Positions 31,511 through 42,135 of a stretch of DNA of 64,000 bases are shown piece by piece; positions within the stretch are counted from its first letter, which is position 1; the number at the start of each line of letters is the position of its first letter. The stretch lies in NCBI GenBank assembly GCA_944390455.1, contig CALXPU010000007.1, positions 356-64,355 on the forward strand. Direction: 5' to 3'. The notes beneath the pieces are model-generated. The model was not told where the DNA came from. It made no database searches and saw only the letters and a list, made by a program, of their open reading frames with translations. The DNA comes from an uncultured Alphaproteobacteria bacterium. GTDB taxonomy: Bacteria > Pseudomonadota > Alphaproteobacteria > RF32 > CAG-239. Position numbers and translations under genes: made by a program.

Positions 31511-34500
31511 ATGGGACTACTTAAACGTATTTTTGGCGTTAATATTTTATTTTTGTTTCTTTTTTGTGCCGTTAATGAGGCTAAAGCATTGTCTTTTGCT
31601 GGTTTTGCATATCAAAATGCAAGGCAGGCAAATATTATTGCGATAAAAAATTATCTTAAAAAAGGATATAAAATAGATTCCATTTCTCCGAATGGATATA
31701 CAGCTTTGTGCTATGCTGCTGCATATAATGATTATCCGGCATATAGTCGTTTACGTAATTTAGGGGCTGATGAAAATCATGAGTGTATGCAAAAGGTTAA
31801 TCCGGCTTATGTGCAAGATTTGGCGCAAAGATATGACGCAGTGGCTTCTCATCCTAACTATGCTTCTAATTTAGCGGATTCAGATACAACTAAAAAATAT
31901 TTAATTGCAGGAACTGCTTTGGCCGGAACAGCTGCCGCGGTTGCTTTGTTGGCAGATAGTGGTAGTGGTGGTTCTTCCGGAAATACAAATCGTTGTCCTA
32001 TCGGTCAAGAATGGGATGGCGAACAATGTATTCCGATTATTTGTCCGGACGGAACTCATTTAGAGGGAAATAATTGTGTTTCATGTCCTACCGGTCAGAA
32101 ATGGGATGGTTCTAAATGTATTCCGATTATTTGTCCTGATAATACGCATTTGGTTGGGAATGATTGTGTTGCCGACGATATTAATATTGATAACGATAAT
32201 GATAAGGACGTGTATGGAATTTATTCGGAAGAAGAAGATGTATATAATTTACGTTCAGATTCTGAATATCCTGATAAAGAGGCGAATATTAATATAGATA
32301 ATAAGGGTAATGGTAACGTTTATGGTATTTATGGCTTTGGTAATATTAAGAATTCCGGTGTTACAGATGCTGAGGCTGATGGAGAAGCTAATGTTGGTGT
32401 AGGAAATATTACTATTAATAATCAAGGTACTGGTAATGTTTTTGGAATTTACTCTCATGTTGAAGATATTTCTATTTTGAAAGAAGCATATATTGCCATG
32501 GCAACAAAAGGTGGTACAGCGTATGGCAACTTGGAGATAAATAATCAAGGCGGAGGGACCGCAACCGGTGTTTATGGCGATGTGCGCGCTTATAATGCCA
32601 GAGGTAATTTTGGTGGAAAAGCATACGGAAATATTACTATTCGCAATGACGGTGATATTTATGGTTTGAGCGGATATACTAATGCGACTAATGTAATTAC
32701 ATTTAATGGTGGTGGTGAAGCTAAAGGTGTCATTAATTTATATAGCAAAGGTGATGGAGACATTTATGGAATGGCCGTTAGTCCTGATGGAATTCCAGGA
32801 GTAGGGCAGCCTGAAGGTGGAGAGGGGCAGTTAGCAAATTGGTTTGCATATAACTCAGTGGTTTACAGTGATAATAGCTATGATTGGACGGGAAAGACAT
32901 CTACATCTGCTGAGATTAATATTCATAATATAGGTGATGGTAATGTGTATGGAATGTATGGAGGACAAACTCTTCAAAATGCTATTTACCAAGGAGTTGT
33001 GGATGGAGAAGGAAATGTTCAAGGTCTTGCAGATGGCTTGATTAGCATTGTTAATCATGGGAATGGTGATGTTTATGGTATGTATACGCTTGGTGGAAAA
33101 GATGGTACTCCGTCCAATATAGGTAATGTTACTAATGATGGCGCTCATTCGGTTATTAATATTGTTAATAGCGGAGATGGGGTTTCAACAGGTTTGCGTG
33201 GTGGCCAAGGTGGTTATATTGAAAATTCAGGTGAAATTAATATTAATAATTTAGGAAACGGTACTGCTGTTGGTATTTATGGTGGGGCAAATTCAAATAT
33301 TGTTAATAGCGGAACTATTAATATTTATCGTAAAGCCTATGTAGATGATGAAATGAAGCAAACTTATACACCTGAAAGTGCAACAGGCGGTACGGCTTAT
33401 GGTATTTATGCGGAAACAGGTTCTCATGTTATTAATGCTGGAACTATTACTGTTACGGGAGCGGATAAAGGAGCCGGTATTTATTTAGAAGCAGGGGCAA
33501 CATTTGAAAATTCCGGAGATGTTAAGTTTAATGGTTCTTCAGATTCCGCTATTCAAGAAGATGGAGAAGCTATTGATATTTATGGGGATGGGACAGATAG
33601 AGCTTCTGTTGACTTGAATGATATTGGTGGAGAAATTATTTTAGGACAAGGCGGACGCTTTTTTGCGGATAGCCTAAAAGGCGATATGAGTGTTTCCGAA
33701 AAAAATGTATTAGGTGGTTTTGATAATCAATATGTCTTGACGGGAGCTTTGCAAGCGGATGATGTTGATGAGTTGAATTTAAATTCTAAATCGGCAATGT
33801 TTGAAGCTACTTCTCAGAAAAATGAAAATGGTGGATATGATGTCGTTATGACGCGTCAGAACTTTAAAGATATTATTGATGATGATAATATTTCTGGTTA
33901 TCTTGAAAATAATTATGTTGGTGAAAACGGAAGTAAGATTTTTGATAGTTTGAAAACCGCAGGCGATAAAGGTACTCTTAATCAGAAAGCGGCAAATCTT
34001 TTAGGAACGGATATGTTACCAAATTTCCGTCGTGAAGATGCTTTGCTTTATCGTAATTTGAGCCGACAATTTAATGATAATTTATTTAATCAGCCTAATC
34101 AGAATTATATTGGCGGATATAAATATGTTGATATTTCAACAGATGCTGATGGTACACTTATGGGAACCGATGGTCAGGCTCATGTTGCTTATGGCATGAT
34201 GAAAAATAAAGGCGATAACGGAGTTACCTATGGTTTAGGGGCTAGTATTGCTAAGCTTAACAGCGATTATGACAATGGTTCTAAACGTGATGCCAATATT
34301 TTTGGGGTATGGGCTCCTGTTGGATATGATTTTAAAAATGGTGCACAATGGTATTCTAAATTGTATCTAGGTTATGTTGATGGCTCTTATGATCGTATAA
34401 CAGATTTACAGAAATATTCTGCAGATATGAATGAATATCAATATGGATTGAGTAATGAAGTTCGCTATGATTTGAGTTTAGGTGGTGGTTTTACATTTAG

Positions 34501-34906
34501 TCCATTAGCTGAATTAAATTTGTTTGGCGTTTATAGCGATGGTTATGATGAGGGGAATGATGAAGGAGCAATTCATACTGATAGCCAAAATGATTTATCT
34601 TTAGAAGGTGGACTTGGCGCTTATTTGGCTAAAAAGGTTGATTTTTCTGATGATAGTCATTTGACGGTTCAAATTGGTGGTGTTTATTATGTAGAATTTC
34701 TTGATCCGGATGATGGTTTTGATGCTTCTGTATCCGCTCTTGATGGCAAATATAAATTATCACACAAGTCAGATGATGGACGTGCTGTTTTATCTGCTCG
34801 CGTAAATTATAACTATAAAGATATTACAATTTATGGAAATATTGAAAAAGAAACATCAAATGATAAAAGTTTACTTATTGATGCTGGGGTGCAATATAAA
34901 TTTTAA
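31511..34906 (+). CDS. autotransporter (type Va) adhesin-like protein with N-terminal signal peptide, ankyrin-like segment, Cys-rich tandem modules and Gly-rich beta-helix repeats
   Basis: Signal peptide MGLLKRIFGVNILFLFLFCAVNEAKA. NGYTALCYAAAYNDYPAYSRLRNLGADEN matches the ANK consensus. 2x 29-aa CP.GQ.WDG..CIPIICPD.THL.GN.CV repeats. More than 10 I.I.N.G.G.VYG(I/M)YG repeats. C-terminal beta-barrel ending ...GVQYKF (aromatic terminus). The track ORF start 31337 overlaps groEL and is an over-extension. Confidence 0.7.
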   Translation: MGLLKRIFGVNILFLFLFCAVNEAKALSFAGFAYQNARQANIIAIKNYLKKGYKIDSISPNGYTALCYAAAYNDYPAYSRLRNLGADENHECMQKVNPAYVQDLAQRYDAVASHPNYASNLADSDTTKKYLIAGTALAGTAAAVALLADSGSGGSSGNTNRCPIGQEWDGEQCIPIICPDGTHLEGNNCVSCPTGQKWDGSKCIPIICPDNTHLVGNDCVADDINIDNDNDKDVYGIYSEEEDVYNLRSDSEYPDKEANINIDNKGNGNVYGIYGFGNIKNSGVTDAEADGEANVGVGNITINNQGTGNVFGIYSHVEDISILKEAYIAMATKGGTAYGNLEINNQGGGTATGVYGDVRAYNARGNFGGKAYGNITIRNDGDIYGLSGYTNATNVITFNGGGEAKGVINLYSKGDGDIYGMAVSPDGIPGVGQPEGGEGQLANWFAYNSVVYSDNSYDWTGKTSTSAEINIHNIGDGNVYGMYGGQTLQNAIYQGVVDGEGNVQGLADGLISIVNHGNGDVYGMYTLGGKDGTPSNIGNVTNDGAHSVINIVNSGDGVSTGLRGGQGGYIENSGEININNLGNGTAVGIYGGANSNIVNSGTINIYRKAYVDDEMKQTYTPESATGGTAYGIYAETGSHVINAGTITVTGADKGAGIYLEAGATFENSGDVKFNGSSDSAIQEDGEAIDIYGDGTDRASVDLNDIGGEIILGQGGRFFADSLKGDMSVSEKNVLGGFDNQYVLTGALQADDVDELNLNSKSAMFEATSQKNENGGYDVVMTRQNFKDIIDDDNISGYLENNYVGENGSKIFDSLKTAGDKGTLNQKAANLLGTDMLPNFRREDALLYRNLSRQFNDNLFNQPNQNYIGGYKYVDISTDADGTLMGTDGQAHVAYGMMKNKGDNGVTYGLGASIAKLNSDYDNGSKRDANIFGVWAPVGYDFKNGAQWYSKLYLGYVDGSYDRITDLQKYSADMNEYQYGLSNEVRYDLSLGGGFTFSPLAELNLFGVYSDGYDEGNDEGAIHTDSQNDLSLEGGLGAYLAKKVDFSDDSHLTVQIGGVYYVEFLDPDDGFDASVSALDGKYKLSHKSDDGRAVLSARVNYNYKDITIYGNIEKETSNDKSLLIDAGVQYKF

Positions 34907-34919
34907 GTGAGAGGGAAAT

Positions 34920-35654
34920 ATGGAAAAATTTATTTTATATATTAGACAGGGAAAAGGAATTGGGGCGCTCTTTTTATTAGCAGCAGCTGTATTGATTACC
35001 ATGATGTTGGCCATTTCTCTTAGAAATTCGTATTCTGAAGCGAAACCGGAAATTATGTTGGTTGCTAATGAATTTTTGCCGTTGACGGTTAAGGATGGTC
35101 AAGTTGTGCAACCTGTTGATGCATATAAAAAAGTTGATATTGATTTAGGACAACAAGGTAAGCCTGAAGATTTGTTTTCGGTTGTTTTGGATACCAGAGC
35201 TGATGCTAAAGCTCCGGCTATGAATGAATTGGGGATTTTTATTACCAAAGATGTTGTTTATTTGTCATCTCCAAATCAAATTAAACGTATTCAATTTCAA
35301 GATGGGGAATTCACTAAAGAAAATTTTCCGGAAATAGTTGATAATGCTGTTGGTGCTGTTTCTGCTATTGTGGTTTTGGTTTTGTTAATCTTTTTCTTTA
35401 TTACATATTTAATTAAAACCGGTTTTGTTGTTTTGTTTATGTCTTTGATTTTAAGGATATTGAAAAAGAAAGAGTTAATTCGCACATCATCTTTGATGCG
35501 TTTGAGTGCCGTTACTGTTGCCGGAGTGGAGTTTTTAGTTTTTGTATTGGATTTAGTACTTGATTCTGCAACGTTAGGCATTGTGCGTTTTGGTATTGCT
35601 TTTGTTCTTGTTTTAGTTTTTGTTTTTAAATTTTTGCTAAATGAGAATAAATAA
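34920..35654 (+). CDS. hypothetical integral membrane protein
   Basis: 244 aa. TM helix near the N-terminus and a C-terminal cluster of 3-4 TM helices. 13 nt after the autotransporter stop. Confidence 0.5.
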   Translation: MEKFILYIRQGKGIGALFLLAAAVLITMMLAISLRNSYSEAKPEIMLVANEFLPLTVKDGQVVQPVDAYKKVDIDLGQQGKPEDLFSVVLDTRADAKAPAMNELGIFITKDVVYLSSPNQIKRIQFQDGEFTKENFPEIVDNAVGAVSAIVVLVLLIFFFITYLIKTGFVVLFMSLILRILKKKELIRTSSLMRLSAVTVAGVEFLVFVLDLVLDSATLGIVRFGIAFVLVLVFVFKFLLNENK

Positions 35655-35802
35655 ATTACGGATGTTATCAAAAAATCCCCTTGTTAGGGGATTTTTTGTT
35701 TGTGTGCATATGATGTGGTAAAACTATCTTTTTACTTGATTATATAGTCAGATGTAGTTTACTTTTATATCATGTTAATTGATATATAAGTTAGGAGCTC
35801 TT

Positions 35803-37320
35803 ATGTCTTTTCGTTTTTGTTGTTTGGTTTTAGGGTGTATGGTTTTAAATTTCCATGCGGCTTGGGCTACGTATACTTATAAAGAAGATGATACTCGTAT
35901 GGTTAATGGCATATTGTATGACATTAACGGTGATCCGGTGACAGGTAATTATGAGCTCTTTTATGAAAATAATATCAGAAAAAGTTTGATGCCGTATGTT
36001 GACGGAATGTTAAACGGTGTGGGCTCTGTTTATAATGAACAAGGAATAAAAGAAGCAGATATGCCGTTCATTAATGGAAAGTTAGAAGGTGTGGCACTGG
36101 TTTATTATGAAGACGGAAGCCTTAAGGAGAAAATCCCTTATAGAGGTGGTAAGATTAATGGTGTTATGAGAGCTTTCTACAAAAATGGTCAGGTTAAGGA
36201 TAGAATATCTTATGATGCAGATATTAAAAACGGAACGGCGAAATCATATTATGAAGATGGAAAATTAAAGGAACTCTATAATTATACCGATGGGCAGAAA
36301 GAAGGGGAAGCTACGGTTTATTTTTACGATGGGAGTATTGCTGAAAAACTTAACTATAGTGGAGATGCTATTGTCGGAGAGCGGACAATCTATTATAAAA
36401 GCGGACGCGTTAAATCTCGTATGAGTTATGAGTTTGGTAAAAAGAATGGCAATATGCAGAACTATTATGAAAGCGGTGGTTTAGCAGCGATTGTTCCTTA
36501 TAAGGATGATATTATTGATGGAGAAGGATCTTTTTATACTGAAGATGGTGTACTGAATTTAACGGTTAATTATAAAAATAATGTTCGCGATGGGGTGGCT
36601 CGTGCTTATTTCCCAAATGGTTCGGTTAAACTTGCAGTAGAATATCAAAATGATGTCAAAAATGGAGTTGAAACTGAATATTTTGAAGATGGTAAAGTAA
36701 AAATGGAAATGCCTTATGTTAATGGGGTTGTTAATGGTATTGGGCGTGAGTATTATGAAACTTCCGGTTTGAAAATGGAAATGACGTATGTTGATGCTGT
36801 GGCAAATGGCGTGGCAAAGTTTTATGATGAAAAAGGAAAGTTGTCTGTAGAGGCTTATTATAAAGATGGTAAGAAAGATGGTCTTCAGAAGAATTTTGAT
36901 GAAGATGGTAAGCTTGTTTCTGAAAGTAATTTTGTTAAAGATGTTTTGAATGGCGAATATAAAGAATTTTATGATTCAGGTAAGGTTAAGTCTACAGCTA
37001 ATTATACAGATGGAGTGTTGGAAGGTTTGACACTTGTTTATGATGAGGATGGAAATTTATCTTATGAAATTCCTTATGTTAAAAACAGAAAAGAAGGAAA
37101 AGTAAAACGTTATTATCCGACCGGAGAGCTTATGGGCGAAGTTTCTTATGAAAAAGGTAAGAAACATGGTATGTTGGATGCGTATAATCAAGATGGAACT
37201 TTAATGGCTAAGGTCTTGTTTAATAAAGATGAGGCTATTAAGGGGTATAGTCTTAATCATGGTAAAGATCCTGTGTTGATGTCTGAAGAAGAACTCAAAC
37301 TGATTAACGACGCGTATTAG
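35803..37320 (+). CDS. secreted MORN-variant repeat protein (YwqK-family repeats)
   Basis: Signal peptide MSFRFCCLVLGCMVLNFHAAWA, then about 17 tandem YwqK/MORN2-type repeats (…NG…YYE(D/N)GKLK…Y…GKK(N/D)G…). AGGAG SD 5 nt before ATG 35803. The track ORF starts at TTG 35779. Confidence 0.65.
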   Translation: MSFRFCCLVLGCMVLNFHAAWATYTYKEDDTRMVNGILYDINGDPVTGNYELFYENNIRKSLMPYVDGMLNGVGSVYNEQGIKEADMPFINGKLEGVALVYYEDGSLKEKIPYRGGKINGVMRAFYKNGQVKDRISYDADIKNGTAKSYYEDGKLKELYNYTDGQKEGEATVYFYDGSIAEKLNYSGDAIVGERTIYYKSGRVKSRMSYEFGKKNGNMQNYYESGGLAAIVPYKDDIIDGEGSFYTEDGVLNLTVNYKNNVRDGVARAYFPNGSVKLAVEYQNDVKNGVETEYFEDGKVKMEMPYVNGVVNGIGREYYETSGLKMEMTYVDAVANGVAKFYDEKGKLSVEAYYKDGKKDGLQKNFDEDGKLVSESNFVKDVLNGEYKEFYDSGKVKSTANYTDGVLEGLTLVYDEDGNLSYEIPYVKNRKEGKVKRYYPTGELMGEVSYEKGKKHGMLDAYNQDGTLMAKVLFNKDEAIKGYSLNHGKDPVLMSEEELKLINDAY

Positions 37321-37342
37321 TCTGTGAAAATATCTTAAAATT

Positions 37343-37410
37343 AAAGGCCTCTGTTTAGAGGTCTTTATCGTATAAAATAAACCCCGCATTTTGTGCGGGG
37401 TGTTTGTTTT
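37343..37410. terminator. pair of hairpins forming a bidirectional terminator between convergent genes
   Basis: aaaggcctct-gttt-agaggtcttt and ccccgca-ttttg-tgcgggg, each flanked by T/A runs on the respective strands. Confidence 0.65.
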
Positions 37411-37420
37411 CGGTTTTTAT

Positions 37421-38725
37421 TTAGAGCTTTCTTCCTAAACTCATGATTTCAAAACCGAGTTCTTTTGCTTTTTTGCAATCAAATGTATTGCGGTAGTCTG
37501 CAATTTGAGGTTTTGTTAATAACATTTTGATTTTCTCTAAATCCAACTCTTTGAATTCTGCCCAATCGGTCAAAACAGCAAGAGCATCTGCGCCGCCAAT
37601 GGCTTCATACGCAGAATTGCAATAAGTAATCATGTTGCCTAAAATTGCTTTTGTGTTTGGCATTGCTTGTGGATCATACAAGCGAATATTTACGTCATGC
37701 GCTAACATGATTTCAATGATTTGCAAAGCAGGAGATTCACGGCAATCGTCTGTTCCCCCTTTGAAAGCACTTCCCAAAACGGCGATCGTTGGATTTTTCT
37801 TGTCTGAAACCATATCAAGAATACGTTTTGCCATATTGATTTTGCGGCGTTCATTACTTTTAATTGTTGTTTCTATCAAAGATAAATCAACACCATTGAA
37901 TTTTCCCATATATGCCATTGCGTTTGTGTCTTTTGGGAAGCAAAAGCCACCATATCCCGGTCCTGGTACTAAGAATTTTGCACCAATACGAGAATCTAAT
38001 CCCATACCTTTAGCTACTTCATAAATATCGGCACCAGATGTCTCGCAGAAGTCAGCCATTTCGTTGATGTATTGAATTTTCATGGCTAAAAAGGCATTTG
38101 ATGCATATTTTATTGTTTCTGAAGATTGGCGGGAAACGTATAAAATTGTGCATTTATCTTTGAACGGTTCATATAAAGTGCGGATGACATCTTTGGCACG
38201 TTCAGAGTTGGCACCAACGATAATTCTGTCTGGATTGAAGAAGTCATGCACCGCGAAGCCTTCACGTAAAAATTCCGGTAAAGATATAACATCAAAATCA
38301 GCTGTAGGGTTAGTTCTGCGGATGATGTCTTCAACAGCATTACCTGTATTAACCGGTACAGTTGATTTTATGGCGATAACAGTATAACCGCTCAGATGAT
38401 GTGCTAGTTCTTCCGCGGCAGCTTTGATATATTTCATATCAGCTTCTTTGGTTATCGGGTTTGGTGGAGTACCAACGGCTAAAATAACTAAGTCTGCATT
38501 AGGAATACTGTCTGCAAATGAGGTTGAAAATGTTACTTTGCCATTTGCGGTATTTTTTTGAAATAAATCTTCTAATCCTTCTTCAAAAATGGTAACTTTG
38601 CCTGATTTGAGTTGATTAATTTTTTTCTCATCAATATCCAAGCATATCACATCATTACCAAGTTCTGCCAGCCCTACACCAGTGGGAAGTCCAACATAAC
38701 CTGTTCCGATAACCGTAATTTTCAT
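37421..38725 (-). CDS. ugd: UDP-glucose 6-dehydrogenase / nucleotide-sugar dehydrogenase
   Basis: MKITVIGTGYVGLPTGVGLAELGNDV (Rossmann). Catalytic …GFCFPKD… region. 434 aa. Confidence 0.88.
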   Translation of the reverse strand: MKITVIGTGYVGLPTGVGLAELGNDVICLDIDEKKINQLKSGKVTIFEEGLEDLFQKNTANGKVTFSTSFADSIPNADLVILAVGTPPNPITKEADMKYIKAAAEELAHHLSGYTVIAIKSTVPVNTGNAVEDIIRRTNPTADFDVISLPEFLREGFAVHDFFNPDRIIVGANSERAKDVIRTLYEPFKDKCTILYVSRQSSETIKYASNAFLAMKIQYINEMADFCETSGADIYEVAKGMGLDSRIGAKFLVPGPGYGGFCFPKDTNAMAYMGKFNGVDLSLIETTIKSNERRKINMAKRILDMVSDKKNPTIAVLGSAFKGGTDDCRESPALQIIEIMLAHDVNIRLYDPQAMPNTKAILGNMITYCNSAYEAIGGADALAVLTDWAEFKELDLEKIKMLLTKPQIADYRNTFDCKKAKELGFEIMSLGRKL

Positions 38726-38900
38726 TATAAATCTCCTAAGTTTTTGATGCGCTTATTCTAGCTTATTGTTTTGTTTTTGCAACTTTTAAAATGCTGGTGT
38801 TTATAATATATGGAAGAGAAAATACACATGTTTTTATTTGTTATTGCGATTTTTTTGATGGTTGTTAAAATGAGATATAATTTGTTGGTATAGGAGATTT

Positions 38901-39188
38901 TTGATGGGAAAATTTAGAACAATTTTGACGGCTTTGTTGTTTTTTGCGGCCTCTAATGTTTCTGCGGCAGATATTACGGCGGATAGTCTTAAATTAACAG
39001 ATGAGCAGAATAAAAAATTGATTGAATTAAAAGATAATCTTCAAGCAGAAGTTCAACCTATTTGGGAAGAAGTTGAAAGCGGACGCAATCGGATTATGGA
39101 AATTGAAAAACGCTATTTTGAGGAGTTTTGGAATATCTTAACCGATGAGCAAAAAAAGGAGTTTGCTAAGTTAAATAAGGTGGAGTGA
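38901..39188 (+). CDS. periplasmic LTXXQ-motif protein (Spy/CpxP-like)
   Basis: Signal peptide MMGKFRTILTALLFFAASNVSA. Two LTDEQ motifs (LTDEQNKKL, LTDEQKKEF). Confidence 0.55.
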   Translation: MMGKFRTILTALLFFAASNVSAADITADSLKLTDEQNKKLIELKDNLQAEVQPIWEEVESGRNRIMEIEKRYFEEFWNILTDEQKKEFAKLNKVE

Positions 39189-40108
39189 TACTCGTGTTTG
39201 ATAAAAATGTTCTGCATTTGGCGGAGGTTTTAGAAAAATGGTCGACTGAGGGGTATCCTTGTTTAGATGAAAAAGATTTTGCTGACGAAAAAGTTGAGTA
39301 TGCTCGGTTATACTTTGCGGCAAAAGAAGGGGATGAACAAGCAAAAAAAACGTTGCAGTATTTGGATTCTAAGCTATCTCTTCCTCTTCTTACGAATTTT
39401 GATGTGAAGAAACAAATGGTTTCTTTGTTGGAAACATATGGACGAGTTACTCCTCGTCAGGCGGCACTTTTTAATCAGTTGGTGCAAGAACAGAAAGTAG
39501 TGAGATATATTCCAGAGTTTTGTGATATTTCTTATTTAATGAAAGAAATTGATAACGATACGAAGCAGAAATACCAAATGAAAACAGATGAGGTATTAAA
39601 TGAGGTTCTTTCTGTTGATGTATATCCGAATAAAAAATTGGCAGAATTGTTGAAAGATAATCTGATTATTTTTTATTATACCGAACATGATAGTACTGAT
39701 GCTGCGATGGCTAGTATTTTTCAAAATGGAAAACGTAGACCAGTTATGATTCTTGATAGAGGTCTTTTGAGGGAGGATAATAAAGAACTATTGGTCGGTA
39801 TTATGTGTCATGAATTAGGACACTGGCTTGATGATAGTAGTCGGCCGGATAATTTTTACGGAGAAATACGTTTGGCAGAAGAGTGTTTTGCGGATCTTGT
39901 CGGTTTTAAAATGTGTCAAAATGCCGGATATAATCCGTTGGTACGTTTTTATAATTACCAGAAGTTTGTAAAAGAATGTGCAAAAATGTATGATGAAAAT
40001 CATCCTCTTGTGCAATTTAATAAAAAAAGAACGGCATTTTATCGGGCTTGTTTTATTGACTGTGACGAAGCGATTATGGCTAAAAAAAAGCGAGAGGGGC
40101 GTAATTAG
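39185..40108 (+). CDS. predicted zinc metallopeptidase (HEXXH zincin)
   Basis: MCHELGHWLDD contains HEXXH, with downstream Glu (EECFAD). GTG start overlaps upstream stop. Strong SD AAGGTGGAG. An alternative GTG at 39194 is possible. Confidence 0.5.
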   Translation: MILVFDKNVLHLAEVLEKWSTEGYPCLDEKDFADEKVEYARLYFAAKEGDEQAKKTLQYLDSKLSLPLLTNFDVKKQMVSLLETYGRVTPRQAALFNQLVQEQKVVRYIPEFCDISYLMKEIDNDTKQKYQMKTDEVLNEVLSVDVYPNKKLAELLKDNLIIFYYTEHDSTDAAMASIFQNGKRRPVMILDRGLLREDNKELLVGIMCHELGHWLDDSSRPDNFYGEIRLAEECFADLVGFKMCQNAGYNPLVRFYNYQKFVKECAKMYDENHPLVQFNKKRTAFYRACFIDCDEAIMAKKKREGRN

Positions 40109-40112
40109 CATA

Positions 40113-40150
40113 ATAAAAAACGCAGGTTTTTAAGCCTGCGTTCTTTTTTG
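40113..40150. terminator. bidirectional rho-independent terminator (dnaK / zincin gene)
   Basis: aaaaaacgcagg-tttttaag-cctgcgtt followed by CTTTTTT. Confidence 0.7.
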
Positions 40151-40164
40151 ATGGTTGAAGTTGA

Positions 40165-42090
40165 TTATTTAACTTCTTCAAAGTCTGCATCAACAACGTT
40201 ATCATCTTTTTTTGCTTCCGCTTCCGGTGCACCTTGTTCTGCGCCTTGGGCACCGGCAGCGCCTGCAGCAGCTCCTTGAGCTTTGTACATAGCTTCACCG
40301 AGTTTCAAAGAAGCTTGCATTAAAGCGTCGGATTTTTCTTTAATAGCTGCAACATCGTCACTTTCCATTACGCCTTTTAATGCGGTAATAGCTGTTTCAA
40401 TTGCATCTTTATCAGCAGAAGAAATCTTGTCTGAATTTTCTTTCAAGGTTTTTTCTGTGGTGTGAATTAATCCTTCAGCTTGGTTTTTAGCTTCAATCAA
40501 TTCCTTCTTCTTCTTGTCTGCTTCGGCGTTTGCTTCTGCATCTTTTACCATCTTTTCAATATCGGCATCTGATAAGCCGCCGGATGCTTGAATACGAATG
40601 GCTTGCTCTTTGTTTGTAGCTTTATCTTTTGCAGAAACGTTTACGATACCGTTTGCGTCAATATCAAATGTTACTTCAATTTGTGGCATACCACGTGGTG
40701 CAGGAGGAATGCCTACCAAATCAAATTGACCAAGCAATTTGTTGTCGGCAGCCATTTCACGTTCACCTTGGAATACACGTATTGTAACAGCTGTTTGACC
40801 ATCTTCCGCAGTTGAGAAAACTTGTGATTTACGTGTCGGAATAGTTGTGTTTCTATCAATCAAACGTGTAAATACACCACCTAAAGTTTCAATACCCAAA
40901 GACAATGGAGTTACATCCAACAACAATACGTCTTTGACATCACCCATCAAGACACCACCTTGAATTGATGCACCAACGGCAACAACTTCATCTGGGTTAA
41001 CGCCTTTGTGTGGTTCTTTACCGAAGATTTCTTTAACTTTTTCTTGTACTTTCGGCATACGGGTCATACCACCAACCAAGATTACTTCACTAATGTCTGA
41101 TGGTTTAACGCCTGCATCTGCCATAGCTTTTTTACAAGGTTCAACTGTTTTTTCAATTAAATCTTCAACGATTGATTCCAATTTAGCACGGGTTAATTTC
41201 ATATTTAAGTGCTTTGGAATTGGTGTACCGGTGCTCATATCTGCAGTGATAAACGGCAAGTTGATTTCAGTTTGAGTTGTTGAAGACAATTCAATTTTAG
41301 CTTTTTCTGCTGCTTCTTTCAAACGTTGTAAAGCTAAACGGTCTGTTTTCAAATCAATGTTATTTTCTTTTTTGAATTCATCAGCCAGGTAGTTTACCAA
41401 GCGTTGGTCAAAGTCTTCACCACCTAAGAAAGTATCACCGTTTGTAGATTTAACTTCAAATACACCATCGCCGATTTCCAAAATTGAAATATCAAATGTA
41501 CCACCACCAAGGTCGTATACAGCGATTGTACCAGAAGCCTTTTTATCCATACCATAAGCCAATGCAGCGGCAGTTGGTTCGTTGATAATACGCAATACAT
41601 CAAGTCCGGCAATCTTACCAGCGTCTTTTGTTGCTTGACGTTGTGAGTCATTAAAGTATGCCGGTACAGTGATAACAGCTTTTTCTATCTTTTCGCCAAG
41701 ATAGCTTTCTGCATATTCTTTAATCTTTTGCAAAACGATAGCAGAAATTTGTGAAGGAGCATATTTTTTGCCTTTAACTTCAACCCATGCATCGCCATTG
41801 TCGCCTTCAATAATTTTGAATGGTACGAGTTGCTTGTCTTTTGCAACTTCAGGAGAATCATAACGACGTCCGATTAAACGTTTAATTGCAAATAATGTGT
41901 TTTCCGGATTGGTTACAGCTTGACGTTTTGCCGGATAGCCAACCAAGGTTTCTGTATCTGTAAAAGCAACCATAGATGGTGTTGTTCTTGCACCTTCGGA
42001 ATTTTCCAGTACTTTCGGCTCGCCGCCTTCCATAATGGCAAAGCAGGAGTTTGTTGTACCTAAGTCAATACCTAATACTTTATTGCTCAT
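40165..42090 (-). CDS. dnaK: molecular chaperone DnaK (Hsp70)
   Basis: [10 protein letters not shown]…[13 protein letters not shown]…641 aa ending EEVK. Canonical Hsp70. Confidence 0.97.
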   Translation of the reverse strand: MSNKVLGIDLGTTNSCFAIMEGGEPKVLENSEGARTTPSMVAFTDTETLVGYPAKRQAVTNPENTLFAIKRLIGRRYDSPEVAKDKQLVPFKIIEGDNGDAWVEVKGKKYAPSQISAIVLQKIKEYAESYLGEKIEKAVITVPAYFNDSQRQATKDAGKIAGLDVLRIINEPTAAALAYGMDKKASGTIAVYDLGGGTFDISILEIGDGVFEVKSTNGDTFLGGEDFDQRLVNYLADEFKKENNIDLKTDRLALQRLKEAAEKAKIELSSTTQTEINLPFITADMSTGTPIPKHLNMKLTRAKLESIVEDLIEKTVEPCKKAMADAGVKPSDISEVILVGGMTRMPKVQEKVKEIFGKEPHKGVNPDEVVAVGASIQGGVLMGDVKDVLLLDVTPLSLGIETLGGVFTRLIDRNTTIPTRKSQVFSTAEDGQTAVTIRVFQGEREMAADNKLLGQFDLVGIPPAPRGMPQIEVTFDIDANGIVNVSAKDKATNKEQAIRIQASGGLSDADIEKMVKDAEANAEADKKKKELIEAKNQAEGLIHTTEKTLKENSDKISSADKDAIETAITALKGVMESDDVAAIKEKSDALMQASLKLGEAMYKAQGAAAGAAGAQGAEQGAPEAEAKKDDNVVDADFEEVK

Positions 42091-42135
42091 CTCTTAAATC
42101 CTTTAATTACGTTTATAAAATCTTTCTGTTACCTT

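Noticed and set aside
32290-33330. Regularly spaced short repeats, possible CRISPR array?
   Set aside because: Repeats are in-frame coding Gly-rich beta-helix repeats of the autotransporter passenger. Degenerate, no spacer/repeat structure, no cas genes.
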